Positions 1 through 10,277 are shown, counted from the first letter of the stretch. The stretch: 36,959 nt of DNA from Anderseniella sp. (GCA_013041995.1 JABDRA010000153.1:1-36959), one strand, 5' to 3'. The notes: a model not told the origin generated them from the letters alone. Numbers and translations are program-made.

Positions 1-323
1 GTGTAATGGTTTACCAGGCAGGCTTCCGGCGGATGCGGATAGCGCACCAGTTTTTCCCACAATTCCTGCAATTGTGCGGGTATGGCCGGCCACGGCTTGC
101 CGGTTTCAGGATGGCACGGCTGGTATCGATAGCCTGCCTTGTCGGTAACCCAGCCGAGTTGGCCGAAATTTGTCATGCGAACCGACATCGGTTTGCCTGA
201 TCCCGGCATTGCCGGTGTATAAAACGGGCACTCGGCAACCAGCACGCGCAGGTCCGAAATCAGCGCCTTCTGCGCGTTCCGGTCCAGATAACCCGGGTAT
301 ATTTGTAACCCATCAATTTGCAT
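1..323 (-). CDS. alkB: Alpha-ketoglutarate-dependent dioxygenase AlkB, N-terminal part (runs off the window edge)
   Basis: Not in the ORF track. Manual translation from the ATG at 323 gives MQIDGLQIYPGYLDRNAQ...TPAMPGSGKPMSVRMTNFGQLGWVTDKAGYRYQPCHPETGKPWPAIP...PEACLVNHY, the typical AlkB signature. It is divergent from dnaK. Confidence 0.9.
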   Translation of the reverse strand, partial: MQIDGLQIYPGYLDRNAQKALISDLRVLVAECPFYTPAMPGSGKPMSVRMTNFGQLGWVTDKAGYRYQPCHPETGKPWPAIPAQLQELWEKLVRYPHPPEACLVNHY

Positions 324-339
324 CTTGTTACAACACTGT

Positions 340-368
340 CTTGATGCCTGCGCCAAGCCTCCCTATAT
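340..368 (+). promoter_or_regulatory. RpoH (sigma-32) heat-shock promoter of dnaK
   Basis: CTTG (340-343), 18-nt spacer, CCTATAT (362-368). Matches the alphaproteobacterial RpoH consensus CTTG-N17/18-CYTATNT upstream of dnaK. Confidence 0.75.
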
Positions 369-521
369 AGCTTCTCGAACGCCGAATGTAACGCCATGAT
401 TGCCGCAAGGCTGGCGACGTCCGGAAAGTCAGAAAGCAACTGGAGTCTGTTACCGGCGAAACCGGATACCCATGCGCCGATTATAAAGGGCATGGCAACA
501 GACGGCCTAATGGAGGGCATT

Positions 522-2447
522 ATGGGTAAGGTAATCGGAATTGACCTTGGAACCACGAATTCGTGTGTTGCAGTCATGGAGGGCGGAAGCCCGAAAGTAG
601 TTGAGAATGCAGAAGGTGCGCGTACCACACCTTCCATCGTTGCCTTCACGGGCGATGACGAGACACTTGTAGGCCAGCCGGCCAAACGCCAGGGTGTCAC
701 AAATCCTGAAAATACATTCTTCGCCATCAAGCGCCTGATCGGACGGCGCTGGGATGACCCGATGGTCGAAAAGGACAAGAAGCTGGTTCCCTACGCCATC
801 GTCAAGGCTGACAATGGTGATGCATGGGTTGAATCCATGGGCAAGAAATATGCACCTTCGCAGATTTCCGCCATGACGCTTCAGAAAATGAAGGAAACCG
901 CTGAACGCCATCTGGGCGAAAGCGTTACCCAGGCAGTTATCACGTGTCCTGCCTACTTCAATGACAGCCAGCGTCAGGCCACCAAGGATGCCGGCAAGAT
1001 TGCCGGGCTTGAAGTCCTGCGCATCATCAATGAGCCAACCGCTGCAGCCCTTGCCTATGGCCTCGACAAGAAGGATGCCGGCATCATTGCCGTGTATGAC
1101 CTTGGCGGCGGTACGTTCGACGTATCCATCCTGGAAATCGGCGACGGCGTGTTTGAAGTGAAGTCCACCAATGGTGACACTTTCCTTGGCGGTGAAGACT
1201 TCGACATGCGCATTGTCGATTATCTTGCCGACGAGTTCAAAAAAGAAAGCAGCATCGACCTGCGCTCCGACAAGCTGGCTCTGCAGCGCCTGAAGGAAGC
1301 TGCCGAGAAGGCCAAGATCGAACTGTCGTCCGGTACCCAGACCGAAATCAACCTGCCGTTCATCACCGCAGATGCATCCGGTCCCAAGCACCTGACCTTG
1401 AAGATGACCCGTGCCAAGCTGGAATCACTGGTGGATGATCTCATTCAGCGCACCGTTGAGCCATGCAAGGCAGCCCTCAAGGATGCCGGTCTGAAAGCAT
1501 CCGATATCGACGAAGTGGTGCTTGTCGGCGGCATGACCCGCATGCCGAAGGTTATCGACACCGTCAAGTCGTTCTTCGGCAAGGAGCCGCACAAGGGTGT
1601 GAACCCGGACGAGGTTGTCGCCATCGGCGCTGCCATTCAGGCAGGCGTGCTGCAGGGCGAAGTCAAGGACGTGTTGCTGCTCGACGTGACGCCATTGTCG
1701 CTGGGCATCGAAACCCTGGGCGGTGTATTCACCCGGCTGATCGATCGCAACACCACCATCCCGACCAAGAAGAGCCAGGTGTTCTCGACGGCCGACGACA
1801 ACCAGACGGCCGTGACCATCCGGGTGTTCCAGGGTGAACGCGAAATGGCGCAGCACAACAAGATGCTGGGCAATTTCGACCTGATGGGCATTCCGACCGC
1901 ACCGCGCGGCGTACCCCAGATCGAGGTGACATTCGACATCGATGCCAACGGCATCGTCAATGTGTCGGCCAAGGACAAGGCGACCAACAAGGAACAGCAG
2001 ATCCGCATTCAGGCATCTGGTGGTCTGTCGGATGACGAAGTCGAAACAATGGTCAAGGACGCCGAAAGCCATGCTGAGGAGGACAAGAAGAACAAGGAAA
2101 TGGTGGAAGCCAAGAACCATGGCGAAGCCCTGATCCATTCGACCGAGAAGTCCTTGTCTGAACATGGCGACAAGATTTCGGATGCCGACAAGTCTGCTGT
2201 CACCGCCGCCATTGACGATCTCAAGTCAGCGCTGGAAGGCGACAGTGCCGAGGAGATCCAGACCAAGACCAACACACTGTCGCAGGCTGCCATGAAGCTT
2301 GGCGAAGCCATGTACCAGGCTCAGGCCGAGGCTGCTGCAGAAAGTGACGGCGCGGCCGGCGAAGACGGTGGTGCACCGGAAGAAGACATCGTCGACGCAG
2401 ACTTCGAAGAGGTCCAGGACGACGGGGACGACAAAAAGGCGTCTTGA
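522..2447 (+). CDS. dnaK: Molecular chaperone DnaK (Hsp70)
   Basis: [17 protein letters not shown] and GVNPDEVVA motifs, with a C-terminal DADFEEV. Start reassigned to ATG 522 (MGKVIG) behind the RBS GGAGG at 512-516. Confidence 0.99.
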   Translation: MGKVIGIDLGTTNSCVAVMEGGSPKVVENAEGARTTPSIVAFTGDDETLVGQPAKRQGVTNPENTFFAIKRLIGRRWDDPMVEKDKKLVPYAIVKADNGDAWVESMGKKYAPSQISAMTLQKMKETAERHLGESVTQAVITCPAYFNDSQRQATKDAGKIAGLEVLRIINEPTAAALAYGLDKKDAGIIAVYDLGGGTFDVSILEIGDGVFEVKSTNGDTFLGGEDFDMRIVDYLADEFKKESSIDLRSDKLALQRLKEAAEKAKIELSSGTQTEINLPFITADASGPKHLTLKMTRAKLESLVDDLIQRTVEPCKAALKDAGLKASDIDEVVLVGGMTRMPKVIDTVKSFFGKEPHKGVNPDEVVAIGAAIQAGVLQGEVKDVLLLDVTPLSLGIETLGGVFTRLIDRNTTIPTKKSQVFSTADDNQTAVTIRVFQGEREMAQHNKMLGNFDLMGIPTAPRGVPQIEVTFDIDANGIVNVSAKDKATNKEQQIRIQASGGLSDDEVETMVKDAESHAEEDKKNKEMVEAKNHGEALIHSTEKSLSEHGDKISDADKSAVTAAIDDLKSALEGDSAEEIQTKTNTLSQAAMKLGEAMYQAQAEAAAESDGAAGEDGGAPEEDIVDADFEEVQDDGDDKKAS

Positions 2448-2470
2448 ACGACGTCAGTGTCATGGTAAAT

Positions 2471-2500
2471 CGCTCTGGAGCCTTGCTTGGCTCCAGAGTG
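2471..2500 (+). terminator. Strong intergenic hairpin between dnaK and dnaJ (partial terminator or mRNA-stabilising stem)
   Basis: CGCTCTGGAGCC-ttgctt-GGCTCCAGAGTG: 12-bp stem with one G-U pair and only a short ATTT tail. Confidence 0.6.
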
Positions 2501-2588
2501 CATTTGGGATGACGTGCCGCGGTGGTTGCTTTATCAGCACGGTCCCGCGATGATCTTCCCGGCAAGCAGCAAGCAGGCTGAATACAAA

Positions 2589-3740
2589 ATGGCGAAACGA
2601 GATTATTACGAGGTGCTGGGCGTCGGTAAAACTGCCGACGACAAGGAGCTGAAAAGCGCTTTTCGCAAAATGGCGAAACAGTATCATCCCGACGCCAATC
2701 CGGATGACAGTTCGGCAGAGCAGAAATTCAAGGAAGCAAGTGAAGCTTACGAGGTTCTGAAGGAACCGCAAAAACGCGCAGCCTATGACCGCTTCGGCCA
2801 CGCTGCTTTCGAAGATGGCCGTGGTGGCCCTGGCGGTGCCGGGTTCGGGCCTGAGTTTTCGTCCTCCATGTCGGATATTTTCGAAGATCTGTTTGGCGAG
2901 TTCATGGGCGGCGGCGGTGGCCGGCGCCCCGGTGGACGTAGCAGCAGCAATGCCGCGCGCGGTTCGGACCTGCGCTATGACATGGAGATCTCGCTCACCG
3001 ACGCCTATGCCGGCAAGTCGGCCCAGATACGCGTGCCAACTTCCGTTTCATGCGAGACCTGCTCCGGCAGCGGTGCCAAACCGGGCACCAGCCCAAGCAC
3101 CTGCTCGACCTGTAACGGCCAGGGCGCCGTGCGCTCATCATCAGGCTTCTTTACGGTTGAACGCGCCTGCCCGACATGTCAGGGCCGGGGAACGGTGATA
3201 TCCGATCCATGCACGAACTGCTCCGGCCAGGGCAGGGTCCAGAAAGAACGCACCTTGTCGGTGAACATTCCCGCCGGCGTGGAAGACGGCACACGCATTC
3301 GCCTTGCCAATGAGGGCGAAAGCGGTGTGCGTGGCGGCCCGTCCGGTGATCTGTACATTTTCCTGTCGATCAAGCAGCACGAATTCTTCCAGCGCGACGG
3401 CGCTGACCTGTTTTCGCGGGTGCCCATCTCGATGACGTCGGCTGCCCTTGGCGGTGAGATTGAAGTGCCGACAATCGATGGCAAGAAGGCGCGGGTGACC
3501 ATTCCCGAAGGCACCCAGGGCGGCAAGCAATTCCGTCTCAAGGGCAAGGGAATGCCGGTGCTGCGTTCAAGCCAGCATGGCGACATGTACATTCAGGTCA
3601 GTGTTGAAACACCGGTGAACCTGACCCGCAAGCAAAAGGAACTGCTGCGCGATTTTGAAAGCCAGGCGAAGGATAATTCTCCACAGTCTGCAGGGTTCTT
3701 CACCAAGGCGCGCTCGTTCTGGGACAGTTTCGGCAGTTAA
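2589..3740 (+). CDS. dnaJ: Chaperone DnaJ
   Basis: J-domain (DYYEVLGV...HPD), a G/F-rich linker and four CxxCxGxG repeats. Start reassigned to ATG 2589 (MAKRDYY). Confidence 0.98.
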   Translation: MAKRDYYEVLGVGKTADDKELKSAFRKMAKQYHPDANPDDSSAEQKFKEASEAYEVLKEPQKRAAYDRFGHAAFEDGRGGPGGAGFGPEFSSSMSDIFEDLFGEFMGGGGGRRPGGRSSSNAARGSDLRYDMEISLTDAYAGKSAQIRVPTSVSCETCSGSGAKPGTSPSTCSTCNGQGAVRSSSGFFTVERACPTCQGRGTVISDPCTNCSGQGRVQKERTLSVNIPAGVEDGTRIRLANEGESGVRGGPSGDLYIFLSIKQHEFFQRDGADLFSRVPISMTSAALGGEIEVPTIDGKKARVTIPEGTQGGKQFRLKGKGMPVLRSSQHGDMYIQVSVETPVNLTRKQKELLRDFESQAKDNSPQSAGFFTKARSFWDSFGS

Positions 3741-3801
3741 TACCAGGGACTGCGGTATTTCGGATTCACGAAAGACCTGAATTGCTCGAGGAGATGCCTG
3801 A

Positions 3802-4089
3802 ATGGCCAAGGGATACTGGATTGCACATGTCACCGTCAGCGATCCTGACCAGTACAAGCATTACGCGGATGCGGCACCTGAAGCCTTCAAGAAATACAAC
3901 GCCCGCATGCTGGCTCGCGGCGGCCGGCACTCCCAGATGGAAGGCACCGGCAAGGCGCGCAATGTAGTGATCGAGTTCGACAGCTACCAGGATGCCGTCG
4001 ACTGTTTCAACAGCGACGAGTACCAGGCGGCACGGGCCAAGCGCTCAGGCGCCGGTGAAGCCGACATTGTGATCGTGGAAGGTATCTAA
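3802..4089 (+). CDS. DUF1330 family protein
   Basis: MAKGYWIAHV...LARGG...EG...RNVVIEFDS...SDEYQAA pattern. RBS GAGGAG upstream. Confidence 0.85.
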   Translation: MAKGYWIAHVTVSDPDQYKHYADAAPEAFKKYNARMLARGGRHSQMEGTGKARNVVIEFDSYQDAVDCFNSDEYQAARAKRSGAGEADIVIVEGI

Positions 4090-4108
4090 GGGTCACGACC
4101 CCGGGCGT

Positions 4109-4531
4109 TTACGCCTGTCCGAAGCGTTTTGTGAGCGCCGACAAACCGGCCGTGTAAATGCCGGAAATGATTTTCGAAGCCGTCGCATCATCCGCCCCAT
4201 CAGCGTTGAACTTGCCTGTCCAGTCGACGGTACATTTGTCGTCGTCACCAGCCGTCACCTTGATGGTCGAATAATAATCGGAAACCGGCAAGGGACCGTC
4301 AACAATGGAATAGCTCTGGCTCATTGCCTCATCGTCGTGAGCTTCAAGTTTTTCCGTCAGGACCCCGCCGCCGGATATGTTGATGACACGTACCGTGTCC
4401 GCACCGCGTGTCTCGATGGTCGAGGTTACTGCCGCAGGATGCCATTCAGCCAGATTTCCGAACTCGCTGATCGCCGCCCAGACCTCGGCAGCTTCGGCAC
4501 TCAACACAACAGACTCGTGAACATTCAACAT
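4109..4531 (-). CDS. SRPBCC / polyketide cyclase (START-like) family protein
   Basis: VWAAISEFGNLAEWHP...SYSIVDGPLPVSDYYSTI...IYTAGLSAL. Start chosen at ATG 4531 from RBS spacing. Confidence 0.8.
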   Translation of the reverse strand: MLNVHESVVLSAEAAEVWAAISEFGNLAEWHPAAVTSTIETRGADTVRVINISGGGVLTEKLEAHDDEAMSQSYSIVDGPLPVSDYYSTIKVTAGDDDKCTVDWTGKFNADGADDATASKIISGIYTAGLSALTKRFGQA

Positions 4532-4760
4532 AACAAGCATTTTCCCCATTTCAAACAGATGTCCCAAGTCTGCCCGCTGAAACCGTCATTGTCCATTGGG
4601 CAAATATCAACGCGTGGCAGACATATAGGTTCAATGTCGGCAGATTTGTGCGCAAGCCGGCAGCGACTGGCACATTTAATCAACTCACCCTAGGCATTGC
4701 TGCCAGACACTGGTATCACATCCGACATATTTCAATTCCAACGAACGGGCCTTTTGAAAA

Positions 4761-5573
4761 ATGCTCAAGCTTGTTGTTGCAGGTGCCGGCGGGCGCATGG
4801 GCCAGACCCTGACCCGCCTCATACACGCACACCCTTCCTGCGAAGTTGCAGGCGGTCTTGAACCGAAAGGCTCACCTGTTGTCGGCAGGGACCAGGGAGC
4901 CGTTGCCGGTCTGGGCGATATCGGCACGCTGATTTCCGATGACCCGCTTTCCGTCCTGGTAAAGGCCGATGCCATAATCGACTTCACCTTGCCCGCAGCC
5001 AGCGTTGCACTGACCGGCATTGCGGCACAGGCCCGCATTGTCCACGTTATCGGCACCACCGGTTTCAGTGCCACGGATGAAGCCGCCATAGAGGCTGCAT
5101 CGCGGCACGCACGCATCGTCAAGTCCGGCAATATGAGCCTTGGTGTGAACCTTCTGGCAGCGATCGTCAGACAGGTTGCCGCATCACTTGACGAGAGTTT
5201 TGATATCGAGGTCGTGGAGATGCACCATCGGCACAAGGTCGATGCGCCGTCGGGCACCGCCTTGCTGCTCGGCGATGCGGCCGCACAAGGCCGGAAGATT
5301 GATCTTGCATCCCATTGTGTACGCAGCCGTGATGGCCATACAGGTGCGCGCAAGGAAGGCGACATCGGATTTGCAACCTTGCGCGGCGGCAGTGTGGTCG
5401 GGGATCACAGCGTGATTTTTGCCGGACAGTCGGAACGCATCGAAGTGTCTCACAAGGCAGAGTCGCGGGAAATTTTCGCCAATGGCGCCATCAAGGCAGC
5501 GTTGTGGGCCCATGATCAGAAGCCCGGACTTTACTCGATGACGGATGTACTTGGCATTGAAGCCAGCAACTAA
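4761..5573 (+). CDS. dapB: 4-hydroxy-tetrahydrodipicolinate reductase
   Basis: GAGGRMG, DFT, GTTG and [15 protein letters not shown] motifs. Confidence 0.98.
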   Translation: MLKLVVAGAGGRMGQTLTRLIHAHPSCEVAGGLEPKGSPVVGRDQGAVAGLGDIGTLISDDPLSVLVKADAIIDFTLPAASVALTGIAAQARIVHVIGTTGFSATDEAAIEAASRHARIVKSGNMSLGVNLLAAIVRQVAASLDESFDIEVVEMHHRHKVDAPSGTALLLGDAAAQGRKIDLASHCVRSRDGHTGARKEGDIGFATLRGGSVVGDHSVIFAGQSERIEVSHKAESREIFANGAIKAALWAHDQKPGLYSMTDVLGIEASN

Positions 5574-5603
5574 CAGCAATCAAACCAGAAGGCGATACAC
5601 CAC

Positions 5604-6224
5604 ATGAGCGGAACTCTTGTGCTTGTCCGGCACGGACAAAGCGAATGGAACCTGAAGAACCTGTTCACCGGCTGGGAAAACCCCGGCCTGACGGACAAGG
5701 GCGTGGAGGAAGCCCATGCGGCAGGCCGCAATCTGAAGGCCCTGGGGCTAGAGTTTGACATGGCCTTTACCAGCGTCCTCGACCGGGCCCAGCGCACGCT
5801 GACAATCATGCTCGAAGAGCTGGGTCAGACAGATCTGCCAACCACGCGTGATCAGGCCCTGAACGAACGCGACTATGGCGACCTGACAGGTCTGAACAAG
5901 GACGACGCGCGCAAGAAATGGGGCGAGGAGCAGGTGCACATCTGGCGCAGGTCCTATGACATCTCACCACCCGGCGGTGAGAGCCTGCGCGATACGCTGG
6001 CGCGCACCCTGCCCTACTACATGAAGGCAATCCAGCCACACGTCCTGGACGGCAAGACCATCATCGTTGCAGCGCACGGCAATTCCCTGCGCGCGCTGGT
6101 GATGGCGCTGGAAGGCCTGAGCCCGGAAGAAATCCTGAAACGCGAAATCGCGACGGGCGTGCCGATCATCTACAAGCTGAACGCAAATGGCACCATCGCC
6201 AGCTCACAGGTTCTGGAACACTGA
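5604..6224 (+). CDS. gpmA: 2,3-bisphosphoglycerate-dependent phosphoglycerate mutase
   Basis: [17 protein letters not shown] and AHGNSLRAL motifs. Confidence 0.97.
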   Translation: MSGTLVLVRHGQSEWNLKNLFTGWENPGLTDKGVEEAHAAGRNLKALGLEFDMAFTSVLDRAQRTLTIMLEELGQTDLPTTRDQALNERDYGDLTGLNKDDARKKWGEEQVHIWRRSYDISPPGGESLRDTLARTLPYYMKAIQPHVLDGKTIIVAAHGNSLRALVMALEGLSPEEILKREIATGVPIIYKLNANGTIASSQVLEH

Positions 6225-6245
6225 GGTCGTTGTAAAGACTTTGGA

Positions 6246-7100
6246 TCAGGCGGTGCCGAGAGCACCGGCTTCCCAGCCGAGTATCGCCTTCTTGCGGGTC
6301 AGGCCCCAGTGATAGCCGCACAGGCCGCCTGACTTGCCCAGCACGCGATGACACGGCACTACAAATGATATCGGGTTCTTGCCAACCGCGGTGCCGACGG
6401 CGCGGACCGCCTTGGACTTGCCGATGGTGTCGGCCACGTCTGAATAGGTGGTCGCGGCGCCGAGCGGGATGCGCAGCAGGGTTTCCCAGACACGCACCTC
6501 GAAATCAGTGCCGATCATGACAATGCGCAAGGGTTGATCGGGGCGCCATTCATCACGGTCGAATATGCGTTTGGCCATGGCGGCAGTTGCCTTGTCATCG
6601 CGCACATATTCAGCATTGGGCCAGCGCCTGGCCATATCCTCAAACGCAGCTGTTTCTCCACCTTCATCGGCAAATGCCAGGCCTGCCAGGCCGTGCAGGG
6701 TGGTCAGCACCACGGCGGTGCCAAATGGCGATGCATGGCAGCCCCAGGTGATGGTCAGTCCGGCGCCCTTGGCCCGGTAGACACCAGGCGGCATGCCCTC
6801 GTGGGTGACAAACAGGTCGTGCAACCGGCCGGCACCGGACAGCCCAACCTCATAGGCCGTGTCGAGCACGGTCGCTGAATCCTGCAGGAGTTGCCTGGCG
6901 CGGTCGACGGTAATGGCCTGCATGAACGATTTCGGCGTCAGGCCTGCCCAGCGCGAAAAACTGCGCTGAACTGAATCGGGACTGGCGCCGACATTGCCGG
7001 CGATTTCATCAAGCGATGGATGATCAAGCCAGTTTCCGGACACAAACTCGATGGTGCGGCGGACAAGCTCATAATCATTGGTCTGGGCAGTCTGTAACAT
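6246..7100 (-). CDS. AraC-type HTH fused to an O6-methylguanine-DNA methyltransferase (Ada/Ogt family, Cada2-like)
   Basis: N-terminal AraC HTH (FSRWAGLTPK, GRLHDLF) and C-terminal VPCHRV active site. No Ada Zn-binding cysteine cluster. The start is uncertain. Confidence 0.9.
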   Translation of the reverse strand: MLQTAQTNDYELVRRTIEFVSGNWLDHPSLDEIAGNVGASPDSVQRSFSRWAGLTPKSFMQAITVDRARQLLQDSATVLDTAYEVGLSGAGRLHDLFVTHEGMPPGVYRAKGAGLTITWGCHASPFGTAVVLTTLHGLAGLAFADEGGETAAFEDMARRWPNAEYVRDDKATAAMAKRIFDRDEWRPDQPLRIVMIGTDFEVRVWETLLRIPLGAATTYSDVADTIGKSKAVRAVGTAVGKNPISFVVPCHRVLGKSGGLCGYHWGLTRKKAILGWEAGALGTA

Positions 7101-7187
7101 GACGAGCGATCCTGAAGTTATTATCTCACTGTCTGAATAATAGGCCGTACGGGACCGCACAGCCACCCGTTTTACGGACCATCAATC

Positions 7188-7655
7188 TCAGATACGCGGC
7201 CGGCTGAGTATTTCATTCAGCGTAGCCGCCAGGGACTTCCGGTCATAAGGTGCGAGAAAACTGCCCACCTCGGTCACCATCTCGCGTGAAGTGAGAAACA
7301 GGCGGCCGATCAGTTCCCGCTCGACATCCTCCTCCAGACGCACTTTCGCCCAGGCGCGGACAAGCGTCTGGGTCTGATCGGGTTTGTCTGCCTTCATCCT
7401 GGTGATGGTCACTTCCTCATCACTGATGCAGATGTTCTCCTGGCACTCGGCATCCCGGTAGTTGCGTTTTATCGCCCACCAGATAAGCGCCACGTCGAGC
7501 CCGAAGAAACCAAACACCGGCCATGCGCCCATCAATAGAAACGCCACACCTGCAATGAAGCTGACCGCGGCAATGCACGACATCAAAATGATGAACCCCT
7601 TCCGGGACAGGGATCGATATGGATAGAGTTCAATGGTAATAGGAGCTGATTGCAC
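7188..7655 (-). CDS. DUF2244 family membrane protein
   Basis: PYRSLSRKGF...GAWPVFGFFGLD...EVGSFL with two TM segments, divergent from nth. Probable GTG start at 7655. Confidence 0.85.
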   Translation of the reverse strand: MQSAPITIELYPYRSLSRKGFIILMSCIAAVSFIAGVAFLLMGAWPVFGFFGLDVALIWWAIKRNYRDAECQENICISDEEVTITRMKADKPDQTQTLVRAWAKVRLEEDVERELIGRLFLTSREMVTEVGSFLAPYDRKSLAATLNEILSRPRI

Positions 7656-7768
7656 TGGTGTTTCCAGGTTGAATTTAATTGAGTTACTGCATGTGTCACG
7701 AAGCGGGCGCGGTTTTGGATCAATCGAGACCTGACCGGCTCCATGCAAAACAAGGAGAGCACTTTTCA

Positions 7769-8419
7769 ATGGCCCGGCGCAAGAAGCTCAATGCCGCAGA
7801 AATGGAGCAGATTTTCCAGCGGTTCTCCGAAAACAATCCAGACCCGCAAGGCGAACTGGAATCGGTCAACACCTTCACCTTCCTGGTGGCCGTCGTGCTG
7901 TCGGCGCAAGCCACGGACGAAGGTGTCAACAAGGCCACACGCGGCCTGTTTCAGGCTGCCGACACACCGGAAAAAATGCTGGCGCTGGGCGAGGACAAGG
8001 TGCGCGAGCTTATCCGCACCATCGGGCTTTATCGCAACAAGGCAAAGAATGTCATCGCCCTGTCACGCGATCTGGTGGAAAAGCATGGCAGCCAGGTTCC
8101 GGACAGTCGTGACGCCCTGGAGGCTTTGCCCGGTGTCGGCAGAAAAACCGCCAACGTGGTTTTGAACATCTGTTTCGGGCAACCCACCATCGCGGTCGAT
8201 ACCCACCTGTTCAGACTGGCGAACCGGGTTGGCCTGGCACCAGGCAAGACGGTTCTTGCCGTCGAACAGGGCCTGCTCAAGCGAGTGCCGAAAGCCTACC
8301 TGCTGCATGCCCATCACTGGCTGATCCTGCATGGACGTTACATATGCAAGGCTCGCAAGCCTGAGTGTGAAAGATGCCTGATTTCAGACCTGTGCCTGTT
8401 TCCAGGCAAGAGTATCTAA
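7769..8419 (+). CDS. nth: Endonuclease III
   Basis: LSAQATD, HhH motif LPGVGRKTANV, VDTH, and the Fe-S motif CKARKPECERCLISDLC. Start at ATG 7769 behind AAGGAG. Confidence 0.98.
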   Translation: MARRKKLNAAEMEQIFQRFSENNPDPQGELESVNTFTFLVAVVLSAQATDEGVNKATRGLFQAADTPEKMLALGEDKVRELIRTIGLYRNKAKNVIALSRDLVEKHGSQVPDSRDALEALPGVGRKTANVVLNICFGQPTIAVDTHLFRLANRVGLAPGKTVLAVEQGLLKRVPKAYLLHAHHWLILHGRYICKARKPECERCLISDLCLFPGKSI

Positions 8420-9093
8420 ACTGTTTCTGCCACCTGTCGATCCATCGCTATCTTCTTGAAAATATGAACGAAGTAGGACGTTGAGAACAGCGGTACCAGG
8501 ATATTCAGGAACGGGATCAGAGCAAGGCCGGCCGGCACCAGCCCGGCAGCCCAGACACGGCCCGAGTTGATTTTTCTAAAATTCGCGGCCTGCCTTGCCG
8601 GCATATGCCGCATGGCGACCATGGTAAAGTATTCCCGGCCCAGCAGATAGGCATTGGCAATCAGCATGATGGCCACGCCAATACCGAAAAACACGGTTGG
8701 CAGGATAAGGATGTTTACCGCCAGCACGAGCAAGCCGAATTGCAGTCCCATCAGGGCTGACGACCATGCAGACGGTGGATTGCCCATGGGTTCACCCGGA
8801 TAGTGTTTCATTTCAACAATGTCAGCGGCAGTATCCAGAAACAGGCCGGCAAAGATTGCTGTCACCGGAGCCATCAGGAAGAAAAACACAACCAGCAGAA
8901 CCAGGCTGGCTGCTCCGGCAATGACCTCGTCGAGCCATGGCCAGGGCAATACCAGCAATGCTGCGCTACCAATCCACAACGCCGCCAGCACGCCGATGAA
9001 CACCAGCAGTGTCAGTCCGATGGCTTTCCACAGGATTGAACGGAACTCAGGCGACAGAACATCACGCATGGCCCGGAATGTTGAGGCGATCAT
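8416..9093 (-). CDS. EI24/CysZ-like membrane protein
   Basis: Multi-pass hydrophobic protein with NAYLLGREYF and IPFLNILVPLF motifs. Confidence 0.8.
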   Translation of the reverse strand: MIASTFRAMRDVLSPEFRSILWKAIGLTLLVFIGVLAALWIGSAALLVLPWPWLDEVIAGAASLVLLVVFFFLMAPVTAIFAGLFLDTAADIVEMKHYPGEPMGNPPSAWSSALMGLQFGLLVLAVNILILPTVFFGIGVAIMLIANAYLLGREYFTMVAMRHMPARQAANFRKINSGRVWAAGLVPAGLALIPFLNILVPLFSTSYFVHIFKKIAMDRQVAETV

Positions 9094-9232
9094 GTAACGG
9101 CTTTCAAAATGAAACGTAGCAGTATCTGCCAAATAAGAAGATCGCATTGGCTATGCAAGTGCCGATTGCAACGCAGCACGGTAATTGTGTATGCACTGGC
9201 GAGCCAAAATTTACCCGGATCAGGAACCACCC

Positions 9233-10210
9233 ATGCCTCAGAAAAATGTAGACGTCCTTGGAATTGGCAATGCGATTGTCGATGTGATCGCGCGCCATGA
9301 CGACACATTTCTTGATGCCAACGCCCTGAAAAAGGGCTCCATGCAACTGATCGATGAAGATGGCGCTCTGGCGCTTTACGGCAAGATTGGCCCGGCCACT
9401 GAAATTTCCGGCGGCTCTGCGGCAAACACGATTGCCGGTGTCACGTCGCTGGGCGGTTCTGCCGGGTACATCGGCAAGGTTGCAACGGACCAGATCGGCG
9501 ATGTGTTCGCCCATGACATTCGCGCAGCCGGGGTCACGTTTGATACACCTGCTCTCAATGGCGGGCCGCAGACGGCGCGCTGCATCGTGATTGTGACACC
9601 GGACGGGCAACGCACCATGTCCACTTATCTGGGCGCCTGCGCCATGCTGGGTCCTGACGATGTCAGCGAACAGGAGGTGGCGTCCGCCACCATCACCTAC
9701 CTTGAAGGCTATCTCTGGGACCGGCCCAACGCCATGGCGGCCTTCAGGAAAGCCGCAAAACTGGCCGGTGACAACAAGCGGCAAGTGGCTCTTACCCTGT
9801 CGGATTCGTTTTGCGTGGACCGGCATCGCGACAGTTTCCTGTCCCTGATCCGCGATGGCGTGGATGTTCTGTTTGCCAACGAGGCGGAAATTCTGTCGCT
9901 GTACGAAACATCAAGCCTGCAGGACGCCATGGCAGCCGTTGCGCAGGACTGCTCGCTGACAGCGATCACGCGCTCGGAAAAAGGCAGTGCCATTGTCGCT
10001 GGAAGCACCGTGACTGAAGTAGCCGCACAACCGGTCGACGAGGTCGTGGATACCACTGGTGCCGGCGATCTCTATGCCTCGGGTTTTCTGTTCGGACATG
10101 CTCACAACAAACCGGTGGCCGAGTGTACCCGGCTCGGGCATGTGGCAGCTGCGGAAATCATCTCTCATATCGGAGCAAGACCGCAGGTGGACCTTAAGTC
10201 CCTAGTGTGA
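9233..10210 (+). CDS. PfkB-family carbohydrate/adenosine kinase
   Basis: GIGNAIVD, GGSAANT, FANEAE and DTTGAGD motifs. Start at ATG 9233 behind AGGA. Confidence 0.92.
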   Translation: MPQKNVDVLGIGNAIVDVIARHDDTFLDANALKKGSMQLIDEDGALALYGKIGPATEISGGSAANTIAGVTSLGGSAGYIGKVATDQIGDVFAHDIRAAGVTFDTPALNGGPQTARCIVIVTPDGQRTMSTYLGACAMLGPDDVSEQEVASATITYLEGYLWDRPNAMAAFRKAAKLAGDNKRQVALTLSDSFCVDRHRDSFLSLIRDGVDVLFANEAEILSLYETSSLQDAMAAVAQDCSLTAITRSEKGSAIVAGSTVTEVAAQPVDEVVDTTGAGDLYASGFLFGHAHNKPVAECTRLGHVAAAEIISHIGARPQVDLKSLV

Positions 10211-10214
10211 AGCG

Positions 10215-10277
10215 ATTCTATTCTTGTCGCATTTCTTTATCGCAAAACCGGCATCCACTTTTGCGAGAAATGCTCTA
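10215..10277 (-). repeat. Bru-RS/RIME-like miniature palindromic repeat (MITE-like), partial
   Basis: The minus strand reads TAGAGCATTTCTCGCAAAAGTGGATGCCGGTTTTGCGATAAAGAAATGCGACAAGAATAG. Internal inverted repeat at 10229-10247 / 10259-10273. It resembles the intergenic repeats of Brucella and rhizobia as recalled. Confidence 0.7.

Noticed and set aside
324-521. CIRCE/HrcA operator upstream of dnaK
   Set aside because: No TTAGCACTC-N9-GAGTGCTAA match was found.
260-2311. Long antisense ORFs over dnaK (e.g. 507..1391, 1425..2165)
   Set aside because: These are the familiar shadow ORFs caused by codon bias in Hsp70 genes. They have no RBS or independent motifs.
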